DNA of 64,000 bases from Takakia lepidozioides (lineage: Eukaryota > Plantae > Bryophyta), in the NCBI GenBank assembly GCA_030704615.1, contig CM060733.1, positions 67,518,001-67,582,000 of the forward strand, read 5' to 3'. Positions 49,901-63,707 of the stretch are shown here, piece by piece (position 1 is the stretch's first letter; each line of letters opens with the position of its first letter). The position numbers and the translations under genes are program-made. Under the pieces are notes generated by a model, which was not told the DNA's origin, ran no database searches, and worked only from the letters and a program-made list of their open reading frames with translations.

Positions 49901-52900
49901 CCTTCGGAACTTTCACCCATTTTTGAGGTTTCAATTGAACTTTGCGGTAGATCCCTGAGAAGTGACCACCCTGCAGAGAAGAGGTGACATACACCTTAAT
50001 TCCCCTTGGACATTTTCTTAGACAGTTGGACATCTCCATTGTAAGAGCATCTGAAGTAACTCATCTTGTATATCGCAAGCTCCGAAAACTGCATTCAGGC
50101 TGGTAGAATCTGGTTCCCTTATCAGGACTTATCACAAATATTATGGTAAAACGTGTTGGAAAGTTATTATTTCCATATCTCTGGGCAAAAAGTACATTGC
50201 AAACCTTATGCCAATTAAGAGCTGGAATTGGGACATTCAAAGTGGTGAAAACAGTGATATTCTGGACAAGATCTCTCAGAAATGGCATGAGATCTAACTT
50301 GCCCACCCAGCATTTCCCGCAAGCGCAAAAGACTCTTATTTATGCAGACTTCAGCTGGCATCCGCTCTCTCTCTCTCTTGCTCGCTCTCTCTCCCTTCCC
50401 CCCAAGGGGCTTGTGGCCAGAGCACTTGCAACATCTCTTAGACTCAAAAATGCAGGTTTCAAACAATCCTGGTATGCTCGTGTGGATACCTTCTTTGAAC
50501 GCCATGGACTCTCTATTGCTTCACTATTGCCAGTGAATCCAGAAGGGGTGGACATCACATCCAAGCATGACAGCAACACACTCATTAGGAGGGAGCTTAT
50601 GGAGCTATATGTCAGGAGAACTTGGCAGTTACCCAACCTCACGACAAAGCTCCATTTCTATCGAGAAACATACTTAGTTCTCCGAGATGATAGAATCTTG
50701 CGGCCCATTACCTTTCGGCAGCTTTATCTCCTTCTCTCCTGAGGGCTTTGGGGCGGTTCAGGGTGGGCTCCCAGATAGAGACTGGCAGATGGGAAAACCT
50801 GCAGCGGGAGGACCGCCTATGTCCAGCTTGCACAGGGCGCAACCAGGAAATTGAAACTGAAGAACACTTCTTCTATTGCCCTCTATACTATGAGATCCGC
50901 GGGAGATTCCATTGTCTATTCCGTGGAACCCAATCTCTCACTGAAGTCTTTCACCATGAAGATCAGAAATGCTTGGCAGCTTACCTGCACGAGGCATTCA
51001 CCCTATACGAACAATAGTTCTTATCTCTATCTCTGGTTTCCTGTTTTCCATCTCAGATCCTAGGTGCAGAGTTCGCATGTGTACCATTGCAATCTGAGGC
51101 CCTCTTCCGGCTTACAATCTTTCTCCATAGATTAGAGGATCTTCCACCCAAAGGGCTGGTGGCAAGGGCCCTCACAACATCTATGAGGCTCAAAGCTGCA
51201 GGTTTCAGGAACTCTTGGTATGCTCGAGTGGACAGTTTATTTCAACGTAATGGACTTTCTACTGCTTTCCTATTGAATCCAGATGAGGTGGACATCACAT
51301 CCAGACATGACCGCAACAGACTCATTAGGAGAGAGCTTATGGAATTACATGTCAAGAGAACTTGGAAGCTACCCAATCTCACGACAAAGCTCCACTTCTA
51401 TCGAGAGACATTCTTGGTGCTCCGCGATGATAGAATCTTAAGACCAAATTACCTTTCAGCACCCTTATCTCCTTCCCTCCTGAGGGCATTGGGGCGGTTC
51501 AGGGTGGGTTCCCACAACCTATGGATAGATTGTACTCATAAGACGTTGTTTGCCGTAGCCTTGTGGCCATTGACCCCGCGCCCAGTTTGAGCGGGAACAA
51601 AAGGGACAGAACCTACCTCTGTCAGGGGCTGACGTTGGTAGTAAGACTTACCTCCATATAAAGAATTAATCCGGGTTTTCCAGATATCCTCTAGAAATCC
51701 CTTCACACAAGCATCAATCTGCTGTGTGTGATTTGCCCAAAAACTAGGCCTCAGGAGGGCCTGGGCTTTTGGCTCAGCCTCGAGACTTTCAAAGTTGGTA
51801 AACAGGGGTACAGGCACAATTCCCTTAATAGATTTGAAGAGAGCGTCTCTTTGGTGAGAGAACCCCGGACAGTGTATCAGAAAATGAATACTGTCTTCAG
51901 ATTGCCCACACAACAGGCAATTGCACTCTCCCTTTCCTCTCTGCTTCTGTTTGCTGTTCAAAGGTAGGTTTCCTGCCCTGAGTTTAAATTTCAGTCTAGT
52001 GCCGAGAGTGGGTAGACCCTTGAGGTCATCCAAGATGTCCTCCCCCATGTCACTGACTGGAAACAAGTTCAGGGAAGTTTTCTGCCTAACTTCATTTTCA
52101 TCAGACAATCTCATGGCAACAGACATGGCTGAGGACACTACAGCCTCTAAGTCAGATTTATCCAGCAGGGTCAAGACTTGCGGATCCAGGTCCAGGTCCT
52201 TGAGGATCTCTTCTACTCTCTTCTGCCAGGACTTAGCCTGTTTGACAGGGCGGTCCTGTTTCCAAGATATAGAGTCGATTAACTTAGGATATCTGGTGTT
52301 GGGCATATGTTGCAGCTGACCCCACCATCTGACCTTGAATTCATCTCATCGGGAGCTAAAGGACGGAATGCCAAACTCACCCCGAACAGTCACATTGGCT
52401 GTTTTGGAGCATGCTGACATACACTCCTTAAGCACCCCCACTTGAATGGATTCTAGAGACTTAGCCTGGTTGGAGTTATCAACCCATATAGCAGATCCGT
52501 ACTCCAAGGCAGGTCTAATAACGCGACAAAGCATGGTTTTCTTAACCTCAGAGTTGACCCCTCTGCAGTGGAAAAATTTAGTGAGCCCCAGAGCTTTGCC
52601 CTTGCCTACGGATAGAGACTGGCAGATGGGAAAACCTGCAACGGGAGGACCGCCTATGTCCAGCTTGCATAGGGCACCGCAAGGAAATTAAAACTGAAGA
52701 ACACTTCTTCTTCTACTGCCCTCTATACTAGGAGATCCGTGGGAGATTCCACTGTTTATTCAGTGGAACCCAAACTCTCACTGATGTCTTCCACTATGAG
52801 GATCAAAAATGCTTGGCAGCCTACCTGCACGAGGCCTTCACCCTTAGACAATTGCTAGAACATTAATTGTGGTTCATGTTTTCTTCCATTTTGTCCCATA

Positions 52901-55900
52901 AGCTCTATCAGCTTTCCGCGGACATTATAAAGCACCATTTCATTTCATTTCATTTCTTTCTTAACCTGCAACGGGAGGACCGCCTATGTCCAGCTTGCAT
53001 AGGGCGCAGCCAGGAAATTGAAACTGAAGGACACTTCTTCTTCTACTGCCCTCTATACTACGAGATCCGTGGGAGATTCCACTGTTTATTCAGGGGAACC
53101 CAATCTCTCACTGAAGTCTTCCACTATGAGGATAAAAAATGCTTGGCAGCCTACCTGCATGAGGCCTTCACCCTTAGACAATCGCTAGAACATTAGTTCT
53201 TATTCTTGGGTTCTGGTTTTGTTCCTCTCATGTTTTCTTCCATTTTGTCCCATAAGCTCTATGAGCTTTCCGCGGACGTTATAAAGCACCATTTCATTTC
53301 ATTTCATTTCTCTCTTGTTTTGACCTGAAGCGCTTTGCTTCAGGTAAGGTAGTGCATTAGATTTAGTTGGAGAGTTTGGGGCCTTTCCCTCTTTAGAATA
53401 TGCCTACGCGGACCATTCCCTGCAGCTCCCTGGAGTGTGATCTCAGAATGGTAACAAGCGGACCCCTACCGCTTGGGGGCAGCCCCTCCGCCCAAACTGG
53501 GCAGTCGTATGCTCTGTCTAGCATACTCGGCACTTGGGCTAGGGTTGGTCCTTGTGCTTAAGCTTATAGCCTGCGAATTCTACCAATACATTACCTCTTA
53601 TCAATAACAATACTTCCCAGGGTGATTCCTGGGAATTGGTTACTTATGCAAAATCTAGGGCTCCATGTGTAGTTTTGGGGTAAATCCCAGGATGGACGAT
53701 GTGTCCTTTAAAACTGCATGCTCCAGCTTAGGCTTGGATCATATGGCTAATGGTTCCATCTCGAGACTTGATAACAGAGGTACTTTGAAGGTTGGAATGC
53801 CCAAAAATGCTACTAATAGAGTCCCACATCAATTCAATCTCAAAGAAGTTTGTCCCTTCACTGGCTGGAGAGCCGTCTTAGACATTGGTGATTCAATAAG
53901 GCACTCTAGGAAGACAACCAAGGGCACGGACTTCAACTTGAAAGTTTCTAACCGGTTTGATGCTCTGGATGAGGTTGATTTCAAGCAGTCAGACAGACAA
54001 ACTGTCCCTAAGTGTGCGGAGCCTGAGCGTCGTGTAACTGAAGGATTTGGTACTCTGAATGGTTTACCAATCCTTACAGTTTACACAAGACGAGCAAAAT
54101 CTACACACGGGGTAATTGTCCCCCCTTTGCAGAACTTGGCCGTCCAGGAGCAACCATAGGCTACCTAGACGACAAACAATTCACATGCAAAGGGCTGGCT
54201 TGTGGCTGGGCACTTTCAATTTCTCAGGGCTGACTAACCAAAGGAAACAACTCGAAGTGGGACAAGTTCTTCGGGCAAATGACATTCATACCTGTGCTGG
54301 GGAAGAGACATGAGAAACTCCGGACAAACTGGTTGGAGATGTCAATGGTTATAAATGGATAGGTAAGATGTGCGCTCTTAAGGCAGCCTCTGCCAAACGT
54401 GGTAAAAAAGGGGTTGGATTCTTTGTCTGTGATTTCTTGTGTGACAATTGTGAAATTATCAACAAGGGTTTGCGGTATGAGCACAGTATGTGGCTAAAAC
54501 TGAAACTGAAGGGCGGCGTGAATACGAACGACCTCTTTGTGGGTTGTGTTTACATGCCCACAGAGGGGACCCTTAGTGCTGACGCAGACAAAGACTTTGA
54601 AGACATAAAGCTGGGCTGTGCTAAGTTTCTCGCCAAAGGTCAGGTGGTCTTATTGGGTGACTTCAATGCCTGGGTGGGCAAAGGTCTCCATCAGGATGAT
54701 ACCATTGGGCCTTTTGGTGAGGACGAGCTGAATTCTAATGGTAGACGATTAATTAACTGTCTGGAAGAGCTTCAGCTTTTGACCTTGAATGATAGGTCAA
54801 AAGGAGACCAAGTGCAGTGGACTCGTGAGAAAGCCCAAACTGGGGAACGTTCCATTGTGATTATATTGTAATGGACAAAAAGATGTTTCCCCAGAGTGGT
54901 GTGTTGATCGACAGAACTGATATTGGTACCTCTGACCACTTCCTGGTTTGGACTGAGATCAAAAGGTATTTTCCCAACACCAAGAGATCTGTGAAACGTT
55001 CGATTGGGAAGGGGCGCATAGAAAAATTCCAAAATGAAGAGGTCAAGGCTGAGTATGTCCAGGCCTTGCAAGAGGCTCTCCCTCATTTTGTCCACTCGCT
55101 CCAAGACCTTCAGTCTCACCCTGGCAATGCAAGAAATGAAGTGGAAAGAGCAGTGGATTCTTGGGAGAGTTTCGTCCCCTCTGTGGCTGACAAGATCATT
55201 GGGAGGAAACTAATTGTCTGTGGTAGGCTGTTAATGATTCAAGACAGCCCTGATGAACTGGAGTATATTTCAAAGGCATACAACGCTCCCATTAGTTCTT
55301 CTGAGATTGTGGAAGCAATTGAGGATTAAAGCTGGTGGACCTGATGGCATAGTCAACGAGCAAATCAAGCACGGTGGCGATCCCATGATAGAGGCCCTAG
55401 TTCTTCTCTTTAACCTTATCTGGAGGACTGAAATGATCCCCTTTCGCTGGCGACAGGGTGTCATTGTCAATCTATACAAGAAGGTGACAGAGAAGAACCG
55501 GGGAACTACCATGGCATCATGCTCCTCAATGCTGTTGGCAAGATATTTTGCAGAGTTATAAGTACTTGTCTCGAGGTTGATCTGGAATCTAGAGGTTGTT
55601 TCCACGAAGGCCAAGCTGGCTTTCGGCGAAACAGGGGCTGTGTGGATCATTTCTTCACTCTAAGCCAGATTATCCAGGGAAGGAAAAAAGAATGAAACCT
55701 ACTTTTGTTTTTTTCTTGGATGTCAAGAAGGCTTATGATACAGTGTGGAGAGACGGTCTATGGCTCCGACTCTGGTCATGTGGGATCAAGGGAAAGACGT
55801 GAAGTTAGACTTCGGTCCATTAACAGTGACACAACTTTTGGTGTGAGCATACAAGTTTTTGACCTAGAATAGGCAACATCTAGCTGGTTTTTGAGGTAAG

Positions 55901-58900
55901 CAAATCCAACGGATGCCCAAAAGCAAAGTCTGATTGAGAAGGGTCAATAATAGCATGTTCCACTTTTTCTGGGAAAATCCTTCCGAAACCACAAGAAGGA
56001 GCACACACTTCAACAAGAGGCATGCACACCACCAAAAGACAACAGACAAATTCACTACCTACAAGCTGGTCATTCCAGGGGGGTTGGAATTGAACAAAAT
56101 AACAGCCTAAATGCTCAACAAGTGTTCATCAATATTCACAAGGAACTGAAGTTGCATGAGACGGTGCCAATAACATACAAGAATCGAAACAAAGAACCAC
56201 ACCTCTTCCAACACAGCTTTAACATGTCGTAGTTTCTCAGCATGTTCATAGTCTTCTGCCTCACTGTCACTACTCTCTTTCCCTGACCTGGGAGACACCA
56301 TCCAGATGATTATCTTCACTTTCCAACATAACAAGGATGATATGAGTCATTTTTCACAAGTTGATCCGTATGCATGTTATGAAGTTATGAGAAAGTAACT
56401 GATTTCCATTCTGAGGGTGAGGGGTAGAAAGACACCAACCGGGGGCGTGGTACAAGCATCCGTGTTGCATCAAGAAGATCTTGCAGTTGCACTGCACTCT
56501 TTAACTTTGCCTGTGAAATCATGTGCACACCGCACCTCAGTTTGAGGATCCCGGGGGCTTGAAAAATGCAGTGTGATTGTGTGGGAGATAACAGAAAAGG
56601 AATAACTTTACAAGGTAGAACCACAAAAGCAACAAACACAAGAAATAACCTTTGTAACATCCACAATGGGACCCCGACGGCTCATGTCCTAACTAGAACA
56701 GGAAGAGAAACGACTTCAGAAACATAAACCAACCTTCAAAGATTGAAATGCCTCATGTCAGGCACTTCAGGTCCGCTAAGCTGAAAACATCTGCCAAAGA
56801 GTGGGAGTTCTAAAGTGGCAAAAATATCAGTCTTGGAAGAAGAAATGAAACTTATAACGTCCGGGGAATGCTCACAGAGCTTCAGGGACAAGAGAAAGCA
56901 TGATGAAAGAGAGTGGGGCCCCCAATAAGCATCCCTAAAATAACTATTGATCAAGGGATGTTTCAAGATCTAACGCCCCGTGTAGATATGCTGCCAAGCA
57001 TTTGTGATCCTCGTAGTGGAACACATCTGAGGGATTGGCTATCTCGGAATAGACAATGGTATCTCCCCATACTAAAAGGACAGTGAGAGAGAAGAACTGT
57101 TCTTCAGTTTCAATTTCCCTCCTGTCATCTCTAGCGCCAGCGGGGCACAAGCAGTCAAAGAGGTTGCCCCACCAACAAGTTGCTAGTTGCAGACTTTGGG
57201 AGCCCACTCTATGCCTTCTCAGTGCCCGGAATGTACTCATAAGACGTTGATTGCCGTTGTCTTGTAGCCAATGTCCTTAGAACAGAGGGAGATAGAGCTG
57301 CAGACAGGTAATTGGGCTGTAAGATTCTCTCATCGCGGAGGACCAAGAATGTCTCCTGACAGAGCTACAGCTCTGTTGTAAGATTGACTGCTTTCCAGGT
57401 CTGGCTAACATGATGTCCCATCAGCTTCCGTCTGATTTGTCTCTTGCGATCATGCTTGGACAAAACTTCCAAACCCTCCATATTTGTTGGCAGTAGGGAA
57501 GCAACTGACAGTCTATGAGACCTGAGCGTACCAAGAGGTCTTGAAGCCAGCAAATTTGAGTACAAAAAAGACCTTGCGAGGCTCGCCTTGTCAGGGAGAT
57601 AGTAAGCTGGAAGATGGTGAAAAAACAAATGAAATAGTACTTTAAAATTGCAATGAAATGGTACTTTATAACGTCTGCGAGAAGTTCAAAGAGAATATGG
57701 GACAAGAGGAAGAAACGAAATGAAATGAATTGAAATGGTACTTTAGGAAGAAATGGAAATGGTACAAGAGGAGGAAATGAAATGAAATGAAATGGTACTT
57801 TCTAACGTCCGAGGAAAGCTCAAAGAGCTTATGGGGCAAAATGGAAAAAGAAAACATGAGAGAAGAAACAAAACCAGAGCCAAAAAACAGCCCAAAAGCA
57901 ACTACTGCTCAAGGGATTGTCAAGGGTCAAGGCCTCGTGCACGTAAGCTGCCAAGCATTTCTGATCCTCATAGTGGAAGACTTCAGTGAGAGATTGAGTT
58001 CCACGGAATAGACAGTGGAATCTCCCACAGATCTCATAATATAGAGGGCAATAAAAGAAGAAGTGTTATTCAGTTTCAATTTCCTGGTTGCGCCCGGTAC
58101 AAGCTGGGCATAGGCGGTCCTCCCGTTGCAGGTTTTCCCATCTACCAGTCTCTATCCGTAGATTGTGGGAGCCCACCCTGAACCGCTCCAATGCCCTTAG
58201 GAGGGAAGGAGATAAAGGCGCTGAAACGTAATTGGGCCGCAACATTCTATCATCACAGAGAACCAAGAATGTCTCTCGATAGAAATGGAGTTTTGTTGTG
58301 AGATTGGGTAGCTTTCAAGTTCTCCTGACATGTAGTTCCATAAGTTCCCTTTCAATGAGTCTGTTGCGATCCTGTTTGGATGTGATTTCCACCCCTTCTG
58401 GATTTTGTGCAATAGCGAAGCAACAGAGAGCCCATTGTGCTCAAAAAGACTGCACACTCGAGCATACCAGGAGTGCTTGAAACCTGCTGTTTTGAGCCTA
58501 ATAGATGTTGCGAGGGCTCTTGCCACGAGCCCCTTGGGTGGGAGGGCTGGTAACCTTTTAAGAAGGATTGTAAGCTGGAAGAGGGCCTCGGTTTGAAGTG
58601 GCACGCATGCAAACTCTGCACATAGGATGTGAGATGGAGTTGTGCCTCTTGCGCCAATCATTGCTTGGAGAAAAGATGACTGCAATGGTTCCAGATTTTT
58701 TTCCCACCAGGAAACTGGGACACCAGGTGCCCAGACCCCACAACCATAAGTGGCGGCCGGGGTGACAATGCTGTCAAATAGCCACTTTTTGATTGGGGGG
58801 TGGCGCAGATGTATCTGTTTGCATTTGAAAGAAGGCGGATGGAGGCAGCCTTGCCCTTCGTCAATCTGCCCAGGGCAGTTGATGCAAACTGGAATTTGAG

Positions 58901-61900
58901 AGAGTGGACAACCAGACCCAGGTATTGGTATGATTTCACAATCTCAATTTCCAGTTGGTTGAAGATGAATCTGCGGTCCGCCTGGCCATTGAAAACCATG
59001 ATCTTAGTTTTGCTAAGATTGACTTGCAACCCATAGTCTTTGGAGAACTCTTCCAGGATGCGAAGATGGCGTTGCAGGAAGACAGGAGATTGTGCCAAGA
59101 GGGCAACATCATCAGCGTAGAGGAGATCTGATTGTGTTGGTCCCCCAACCAATGGCACCCCAACTCCATGGTTTTTTGAGATGTAACCCTCCAAAGCGTC
59201 AATGTAGATCCCGAAAAGGGTAGGTGAGAGGGGGCAGCCCTGTTTGACCCCAATGTTGCTATGCACCTCTGCTGAGGATTCCCCCATGACGTTGACAATG
59301 CCAATGACAATCTCATACATGGAAAAGATGGCATATAGGATGTCCGGAGGGACTCCCACCCTATGGAGCCGTTGGAAAAGAAGGTCTCGAGGAACCGAAT
59401 CAAAAGAAAGAAAATGAAATGAAATGAAATGGTGCTTTATAACGTCCGCGGAAAGCTCATGGAGCTTACGGGACAAAATGGAAGAAAACATGAAAGAGGA
59501 AACAAAACCAGAGCCAAATTTATTACATCCACGAAAATTGGAAAGCACTTGTGCAATGGGAACATAAGCACAAACAAATCAACCACTATGGCGTAAGTAC
59601 CACATGAAGAATGAGGACATCATGACGTAAGCCGCTAAGTATTTCTGGTCCTCAAAACTAATTCCTCTGCAAGAAGAAGAAGGATTCAATACAACCAGGG
59701 ATGGCCCAAAGGGCCTATGGGCCTTCGGAACGCCACAGAAGAACAACATTTCTTACGGCAGAGGGAGGAAGAGTGGACCTCGATTCGTGGCCTTCCACCA
59801 TTGTATTTCAGCATCAGGTTCAGCAGCCTGTCTTGCGTTACTTTCATCTTCACTTTCTGCTTAGGTGTGCGATCACCACTGCATGCCCCAAGACAAGTAA
59901 CCAGGATAAACAGGAGTATATGCATATGAGCTAGGAAATGAAAAAAGCCAAAAGGGTGGGGAACTGTTTAGTGTATTGTCAAAACAACAGTGCACTGTCT
60001 TTAGACAATACCACTCCCACACTTTCAATCTTGCAACAGACCTGTAAAGAGGCCGCATGTGTCATGCTTCTAGCAGTCAGGGTTTCCTGACCAGACTTGT
60101 AAACAGTTGACTTGACCAGAGTGGGGTTGACAATTTGGCCAAAACCCACACTTGCATAGCCTCTGGGAAGTCCCAGATCTATTTTGTGTCCAAGATGTAT
60201 CCCCTTCATCACGTTGATGATCAAGTAGCACTTCTTAAAGACCACATATTAAGGAGCGATGCAAAAAATTGATAAGATCTCAGGGAAGGAGGAAGAGTCA
60301 CAAGGATCTTACTGACGCAGCACAGCAATGACACAACGAAGCTCCTCAGACTGTCCAAATGTGCCTGTCAGCAGAGTGCTGCCCTGCCTGGATATACCCT
60401 CCCCTTGTTTGGGTTCGTTACGGCTCCAGGGCAGGCAAGGGGGGAGCGCGGAAGAAAGATGGGGTGCCTTCGCCTCCAAAAACATGGTCCTCAACACGCA
60501 TGCTGCATCATCGTAGTACCTGAAATGACACAGTGAAATAAATTTAGTTATTTCAGTCTCTCATTATACATGTGATCTGCAGCCCTACCCCTCTGCTGAC
60601 CATGTTATGAAGTTAACTCTGATGATCACAATTGAGTTATTTAGGTTCAATCAGAGTGCTCTGCTGGCTAATGACTACATAATTTGCAAAGAAGGAGGTT
60701 GACAAGGAAAAAGTGTACATACTTGTAAGAGTTTTTCACAAAGCTCCATCCATTGACATCACACACAAATGACCGCCCTTGCGATCGAAGTAGATCAAAA
60801 CCACACACCTATCAGGTAACATTCCCCAGTAGTCAGAGCATTAAATTACCACTTCTGCCTTGCCATGGAAATGCAAGTCGCTTTGCTATCAAAAACTTTG
60901 CTCATGATGCACTCACTACTGTGTGATTGCTATGAGAAAAGAGGCACCAAACAGCCTTCAGCAGTTTGCGCAGAGGTTGACTACATATAATGGGTAGGTG
61001 ACAAAACTGGTGCAGCTACAGCCCTATGCTAGATTGTTTTATTGCAATGAAAATAGGAGGCTTACTGCTTGACCAAAGGCAACACAGACTTCTCGAGCCA
61101 TTTGCTTCTCCCCAGGGGTCAGTAGCACTGGATATCGAACCTGATCCATGATCAGTTTCTCACCATATCAGTCATCTCTTCTTCTTCAATACATTGCCAT
61201 TTGTAAAGGCTAGTTCCTTGTAGTGAGCTGCAATAGCCGCTGTAAGTGTCTAAATTCACCTCATTGAGTAATTTGAGATCAGGCAAATAGTAAGGATTAT
61301 TATTGTCAACTCCAGTAAGGAACAAAAGAATTGTAAAGTTCTGTGCCATTGACAAGAGAAAGAAACCACTTCATACGATCCTAAGAAAGGCCAGCAGCTC
61401 ATACTTGCAGTCACTTTCGGAAAATAGAACAACTATCCCCATACACAACCAGCCTCTCCAAGGCAACCAGAATAGTCAGTCAGACTTATTTCCACTTTGA
61501 CACTGGTCACTGTCCACTTCTGCTGATAGAAAAACTTCGTCACTCCAGAATGGTCATCCTTGTGGTCTCTGAATTGGTGCATGAGAATAAATGTAAATAT
61601 TAAGTATGGTAGACCCTTGGTTACCTCTTTGCCATCAGCACTTCTCATCACAACACCATCAACAACAGGGGACTTTCGAGCCTCTGCATGGGCGTATTCA
61701 GGACCCACTGTGTATACCTGCAGGAAAGGTTCACTTGAAGGTGAGAGTTCATGCCATGAACTAGAAAAAAAAAAATCTGCTTGTCTGGTCGAGGTCATCC
61801 ATATGCCAAATAGCCATTAACTCTTTCCATTTCTGATCACATATCCCTTCAAATCTGCATAGATAGTCCCCCATCTGAGAAAGATGCGAAACAGCCAGAC

Positions 61901-63707
61901 TGATTATTTTTTCAGCTAAAACTCTGTAATTTTACTGCAGGATACTTACCTCTACCTCCAAGAACCAACCAAACCATTGGAGGAGTTATGTATGGAGAGG
62001 GGCAACAACAATAGAAAACCATTTGAATGGCATCATTTGCAGACCTGTCTCACCAATAGTCTTTTATTCTCAGGAGATTTACTTCACATCTTCCTTCTTG
62101 ACAACAACTCCATGCAAGCTGTGCAGTAAGTAAAACCGATGCACCCATGTAGAAAGCGTCGAGAAACGCTTACTTTCTGGCACTAACGGTACCATGGAAA
62201 TTTCAACAGATAGCCATTCTGGTAGTGCCTATGAGTTAAGCCTCCACATGATGAACGGTGGAGCAAATGAACTAGGAGGAAATCCAACTGCCTTCGACAG
62301 TTCCTCTATAGTACTACAGCAGTCCCGAAGCTGGATGCTACCTGGTCCTCAGTGGGGGACAATCATGTAACCTATGTCTTGTCTAACTGCAGACTAGGCG
62401 CTTCGTGAAGCTAAAGTGAGCACTGATCTCAATCAGCGGCCAATAAACAATGCTACCTCCTAGTGGGTGAAAGAGATCTGGACAACACAGAGGTGGTGCT
62501 CATTATACCAAGCTAAGTACAATCACTTTTCTTTTGGAGATGGCTCCTTCCTCAGATACATCCTGTACTCTCTGATAGGAAGAGAAATACTGGGAGAGGA
62601 CAAACTGTGCATATCTCAATACCTCTTGAACCTGTTACCGTTTCAATAACAAGACAGTAAAATATGATTAATACGGAATATGCACTAAGGAAATTTTTGT
62701 AGTAATTTCATGATGGCTGCGGTACCTTAACATCAGTCCACCAGTAGGGATGGACTCCTCATAGATGTACGAATCTTCCGTTCATACTTGCCTTAGTTCA
62801 GGGCAGAATTCACTTGCCTGAACTGGCTTCACAGGTTTGGCCACCTGAAGTAAGGACAGAGTGGAAGAGCTTTAATCATAAGCAAATTGACGTTTGGGAG
62901 ATCTAGCAGATCTAGCAGAATATCTCCAATTGAAATGCTGTAGGTGTTAAGAGATTCTGGAGTGCTGACTTCGGCAAAGGGCAGAGAGAGGAGGGACAAA
63001 CAGTATGTTTTCTAAATTCCTAGGTTTTGAGAAATGGAAGGGCTGCAGTATATAAGTAGGTTATATATGGATGATCTCCTTCCTAGCTACACCATTGTGA
63101 GGTGTAAACTTTAGACAATGACAGTTTCCTCCGCCTACAGTTTATTGGTCCGTGTCATAGATGAAGGTAACCTTGATAATGTGCTCAACACATGGACCTC
63201 ACTTCCACCCTATCGGCATCAAACTCGAGTATAGACAGCATTTTGGGAGAACAGCAAACTTCGAATTCAATGAGTCGGAGACAAATGGTGCTGGCCCATT
63301 TCCTCTGGATGTCGCACAAGAAGCTGATCTAATCTGGATTCCCAATGCCGCTGAGACATGCTCAGGCATTGTAAGCCTTCATTTGGGTTGGATAAATGAC
63401 AGTTGGGCTCTCCCTTAGGCTTACGCAACATACCATCCTCCATGTGCCCAAACCAGAAAAAGGCCACAATGAAGTACGCAACACCGACAGTCAGTATGAA
63501 GCACCTGGAACCACACACACATCAACTGATAGACGCCTCACCAACAGAAGCTGCAGTCTAGCAAGAAGGCCAAAGAAACATGTAAAGAAGTGTAGACTGA
63601 ACCTTCACATCAGTGCCTCCAGTGGGCATGAATTCCTCGTAAATGTATGACCCTTCTCTTCGCACCCTCCGGAGCTCTGGATGAAATTCACTAGACCGAT
63701 TACCTAC
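37907..63707 (-). CDS. VIH: Inositol hexakisphosphate/diphosphoinositol-pentakisphosphate kinase (PPIP5K/VIP1/VIH family); 5' exons lie beyond the window
   Basis: GT-AG exons 63707-63603, 61717-61625, 61140-61066, 60808-60723, 60519-60313, 59878-59779, 56510-56440, 56287-56203, 49970-49812, 49463-49421, 48290-48208, 48026-47964, 47732-47658, 46539-46411, 45950-45670, 42562-42518, 42092-42026, 41781-41710, 41254-40989, 40529-40472, 38695-38528, 38377-38303, 38155-37907 join in frame. They give [91 protein letters not shown]. Confidence 0.95.
38803..40221 (-). mobile_element. 5'-truncated LINE family B (RT C-terminus, Zn finger, (CATTT)n tail)
   Basis: [22 protein letters not shown] and a microsatellite tail; an extra short tail copy at ~38750-38780. 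Confidence 0.9.
43303..43735 (-). mobile_element. Degenerate 3' part of a LINE A relative
   Basis: Similar to 717-1170 (TGTACTC.TAAGA, CCCTTCACACAAGCATCAATCTGCTGTG). Confidence 0.75.
44341..45590 (+). mobile_element. 5'-truncated LINE family B
   Basis: Near-identical inverted copy of 38803-40065 with a (CATTT)n tail. Confidence 0.9.
46711..47617 (+). mobile_element. 5'-truncated LINE A, interrupted by a TRIM
   Basis: [11 protein letters not shown]...[18 protein letters not shown]; ATTCTATTGTGCATCA duplicated at both ends. Confidence 0.88.
46878..47241 (-). mobile_element. 364-bp TRIM (non-autonomous LTR element) whose LTRs contain a tRNA-like sequence
   Basis: 144-bp TG..CA LTRs at 46878-47021 and 47098-47241 with one mismatch seen. 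On the minus strand, PBS TGGTATCAGAGCC and PPT GAGGGGGAG. 5-bp TSD TGGGC at 46873-46877 and 47242-47246. Confidence 0.95.
48370..49230 (-). repeat. Stack of short LINE B 3'-end fragments
   Basis: GAAATGAAATGGT(A/G)CTT(T/C)ATAAC(G/A)TCCGC...AAGAGCTTATG repeated about 7 times. Confidence 0.75.
50395..53310 (+). mobile_element. Cluster of three truncated LINE B copies (~50395-51050, ~51050-52935, ~52963-53310)
   Basis: Repeated [11 protein letters not shown]...RFRVGSH...[10 protein letters not shown] segments and (CATTT)n tails. Confidence 0.85.
51529..52604 (-). mobile_element. 5'-truncated LINE A nested in a LINE B copy
   Basis: Near-identical to 717-1792; CCTA(T/C)GGATAGA duplicated at the ends. 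Confidence 0.9.
53320..55860 (+). mobile_element. Decayed LINE A (5' region, APE domain, start of RT) with an internal deletion
   Basis: Homologous to 6185-2960 in inverse orientation; stops and frameshifts. Confidence 0.88.
56845..57620 (-). mobile_element. Old LINE B relative with a short LINE A tail inserted at ~57230-57272
   Basis: [28 protein letters not shown]; TGTACTCATAAGACGTTG insert. Confidence 0.7.
57775..59401 (-). mobile_element. Longer truncated LINE B copy with RT core; further short tails at 57640-57770 and 59410-59515
   Basis: [30 protein letters not shown] and a (CATTT)n tail. Confidence 0.9.

Noticed and set aside
58658-59548. 296-aa ORF as a distinct gene
   Set aside because: Chimeric read-through from a LINE B 3' tail into an adjacent truncated LINE B RT
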